Below are positions 27,826-27,827 of a stretch of 27,827 bases of DNA, in pieces. Below the pieces are notes generated by a model. That model searched no databases. It was not told where the DNA came from and was given only the letters and a program-made list of their open reading frames with translations. A program made the translations under genes and the position numbers. Each line of letters opens with the position of its first letter. Positions within the stretch are counted from its first letter, which is position 1. Source of the stretch: a virus (lineage: Duplodnaviria; Caudoviricetes); IMG/VR virus record IMGVR_UViG_3300044513_004019, positions 1-27,827 of that record. The stretch is one strand, 5' to 3'.

Positions 27826-27827
27826 AT

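Larger units (their letters stand above)
1..27827. mobile_element. Segment of a large T4-like/jumbo tailed phage genome, virion structural module
   Basis: Contains gp14-, gp15- and gp3-like genes, an S74-chaperoned tail fibre, collagen-like fibres and late-promoter-like motifs. Genes are tightly packed and no cellular housekeeping genes are present. Confidence 0.9.

Noticed and set aside
1-27827. Stop-codon reassignment (code 15 or code 4), as seen in some large phages
   Set aside because: Genes are long, uninterrupted and tile the window under code 11. TGA is used as a stop in the ATGA overlaps and TAG ends the 268-aa gene.

Overview
This AT-rich, densely coding window is most consistent with the virion-structure (late) region of a large T4-like or jumbo myophage. 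The host may be Bacteroidota: most starts lack a Shine-Dalgarno sequence and have A-rich contexts. From left to right it carries three very large uncharacterised proteins (the first cut by the window edge) and a tail fibre with a short collagen segment, LVIVD-like repeats and a C-terminal peptidase S74 chaperone. These are followed by an antisense hypothetical gene, an extended gp14-like neck protein and a gp15-like tail terminator. Next is an overlapping cassette of six small genes, four of which start with a T4-type capsid-targeting-like peptide and are very Lys-rich, then a gp3-like tail-tube terminator. The right end has two long minus-strand collagen-like fibre genes (the second runs off the window) flanking a plus-strand GT2 glycosyltransferase/SAM-methyltransferase fusion. 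An AATAAATAA motif resembling the T4 late promoter recurs just upstream of structural genes, whereas the glycosyltransferase has a sigma70-like promoter. The two best candidate systems are (1) a phage glyco-collagen fibre locus and (2) a cassette of capsid-packaged basic internal proteins. All family assignments come from motif recognition by eye, not from database searches. No tRNA, rRNA, CRISPR array or IS element was seen.
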